Below are positions 62,830 to 64,000 of a stretch of DNA of 64,000 nucleotides, in pieces. This DNA comes from Massalongia carnosa. Its lineage: Eukaryota. The stretch is taken from the NCBI GenBank assembly GCA_965645245.1, contig OZ287077.1, forward strand, positions 1,736,001 through 1,800,000. Reading direction: 5' to 3'. Position 1 is the first letter of the stretch; each line of letters begins with the position of its first letter. A program made the position numbers and the translations under genes. A model generated the notes under the pieces. That model ran no database searches. It saw only the letters and a list, made by a program, of their open reading frames with translations, and was not told the DNA's origin.

Positions 62830-63837
62830 GGGGGACAATTCCGAAATAAAAATAAAAAAAGGTAAAATATCCATCCCCCCCCTTTCCAAAAAAAAAAAAC
62901 AATAGTATTCATAGATAGGGATGTCCTCGTCTCATCTAGTCTCACTCATTCATTCATTTTGTCATGTACCTACATATCTCTGTACAGTACAGTACAACAC
63001 AGTACTTCCAACCTTGGCTACTACCCCTTATTTTGTCTTACATACCTCCCCATACCTCCCATACCTCCATCCACGGTTCGTTTCTCGCATTGCCTTGCAT
63101 TTAGCATTCCTCCGGCCCCTTCCCCCTTCCCCCACCACCCACACCCCCTTGCATCAACATCAAACACCATCATCATCATCAACAACAAAAACCCTTTCCT
63201 TCCCTGAAAACCACTCGATTTCATACATACCTCGGGTACCCCGCCGCCGCGAAGTTTTCTGGAAAATACTTATATAATACATACATACATGCATACAAGA
63301 CATACATGCATACAAGATAGGTACCTAGTTAGAGCTAACTATGTTATCCTGTCAAGGTTGAGATCCGTTTAAGCGTTTCTCGTTTTCCTGCCTGCCTGCC
63401 TGCCTGCTGTTCGTGATCGCTTTTGGTTTAAAGTTAACTTGATTGACTGACTGCATTCCGGCAGTTGGTAGGCTGGGAGGCTCAAGTGGAGCAGGCAAAC
63501 AAGCGTTTACCGTATCTTGTACCTACACCTATTACCAACCCCCCCCCCCCGTTTAAACACCTGCTCAAAAAACTTAAATAAATTCCTATCCCATCACATA
63601 TCTAGAAAAGGAAGTTCGTGTGAGTTTACCTACCCACGAACCGTCTATTCCAAAGTGTCGCTTTTTTCGCGACACAGCAGATGGATGGCTAGATAGATAG
63701 TTAGGTATTGTAGGGAGGTAGTTAGTTAAGCTGGTCAAGAAAAGGTCTCGGTTGGAGAAACCAAGCAATGAAGTAAACTGGTGAAATAGTTCTAGCTCGA
63801 CCTCCTCCCTCGAGAGATTTACGCTCAAGGGGATGGA

Positions 63838-63987
63838 TCATACCCGCTCGAGAACGAATCGGACCCGAACTCGATCTTAAACCCCCCCCCCTTGCTAATA
63901 CTTACCTCTTGCTGCCGATGAACTCTGGAGTTCTTGCTTCGCCAAAATTATCTTCTTCTTTGCCAATTCCCTCCCTCCTTGAATTTC
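63838..63987 (-). CDS. Possible 3' exons of a gene that starts beyond the right edge of the window
   Basis: TTTTAG acceptor at 63988, exon 63987-63906 (EIQGGRELAKKKIILAKQELQSSSAAR), GTAAGT donor at 63905, possible next exon 63875-63838. No recognisable family. Confidence 0.35.
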
Positions 63988-64000
63988 CTAAAAGGCACTC

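Noticed and set aside
1..64000. tRNA, rRNA, CRISPR array, LTR retroelement or Starship captain
   Set aside because: None recognised by eye; a tRNAscan-SE or Infernal run would be needed to exclude small RNAs.

Overview
Gene-dense eukaryotic DNA from a filamentous ascomycete (Pezizomycotina-type short introns with GT donors, CTAAC/CTGAC branch points and AG acceptors). Spliced host genes in order: SEN1 helicase, DNF1/2-type P4-ATPase, an uncharacterised gene (possibly Nse6/SLF2-like), VMA4, a NIPA-type transporter, MCM1, PLS1 tetraspanin, malate synthase, a Hsl1/Gin4-type kinase, a C2H2 transcription factor, a large RRM protein (possibly SAD-7-like), ARC19 and UBP6. The one clearly accessory object is a ~5.96-kb DNA-transposon-like element (30075-36035) inserted 84 bp after the malate synthase stop codon. 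It has ~1.09-kb inverted arms, a decayed CMC(CACTA)/Plavaka-like DDE transposase and a divergently oriented 3-exon orphan gene whose 3' two-thirds lie inside the inverted arms. The outer ~320 bp of the arms are more diverged than the inner ~770 bp, which suggests the TIRs were extended secondarily. Family calls come from motif recognition by eye; no database search was run, and exon boundaries are hand-predicted.
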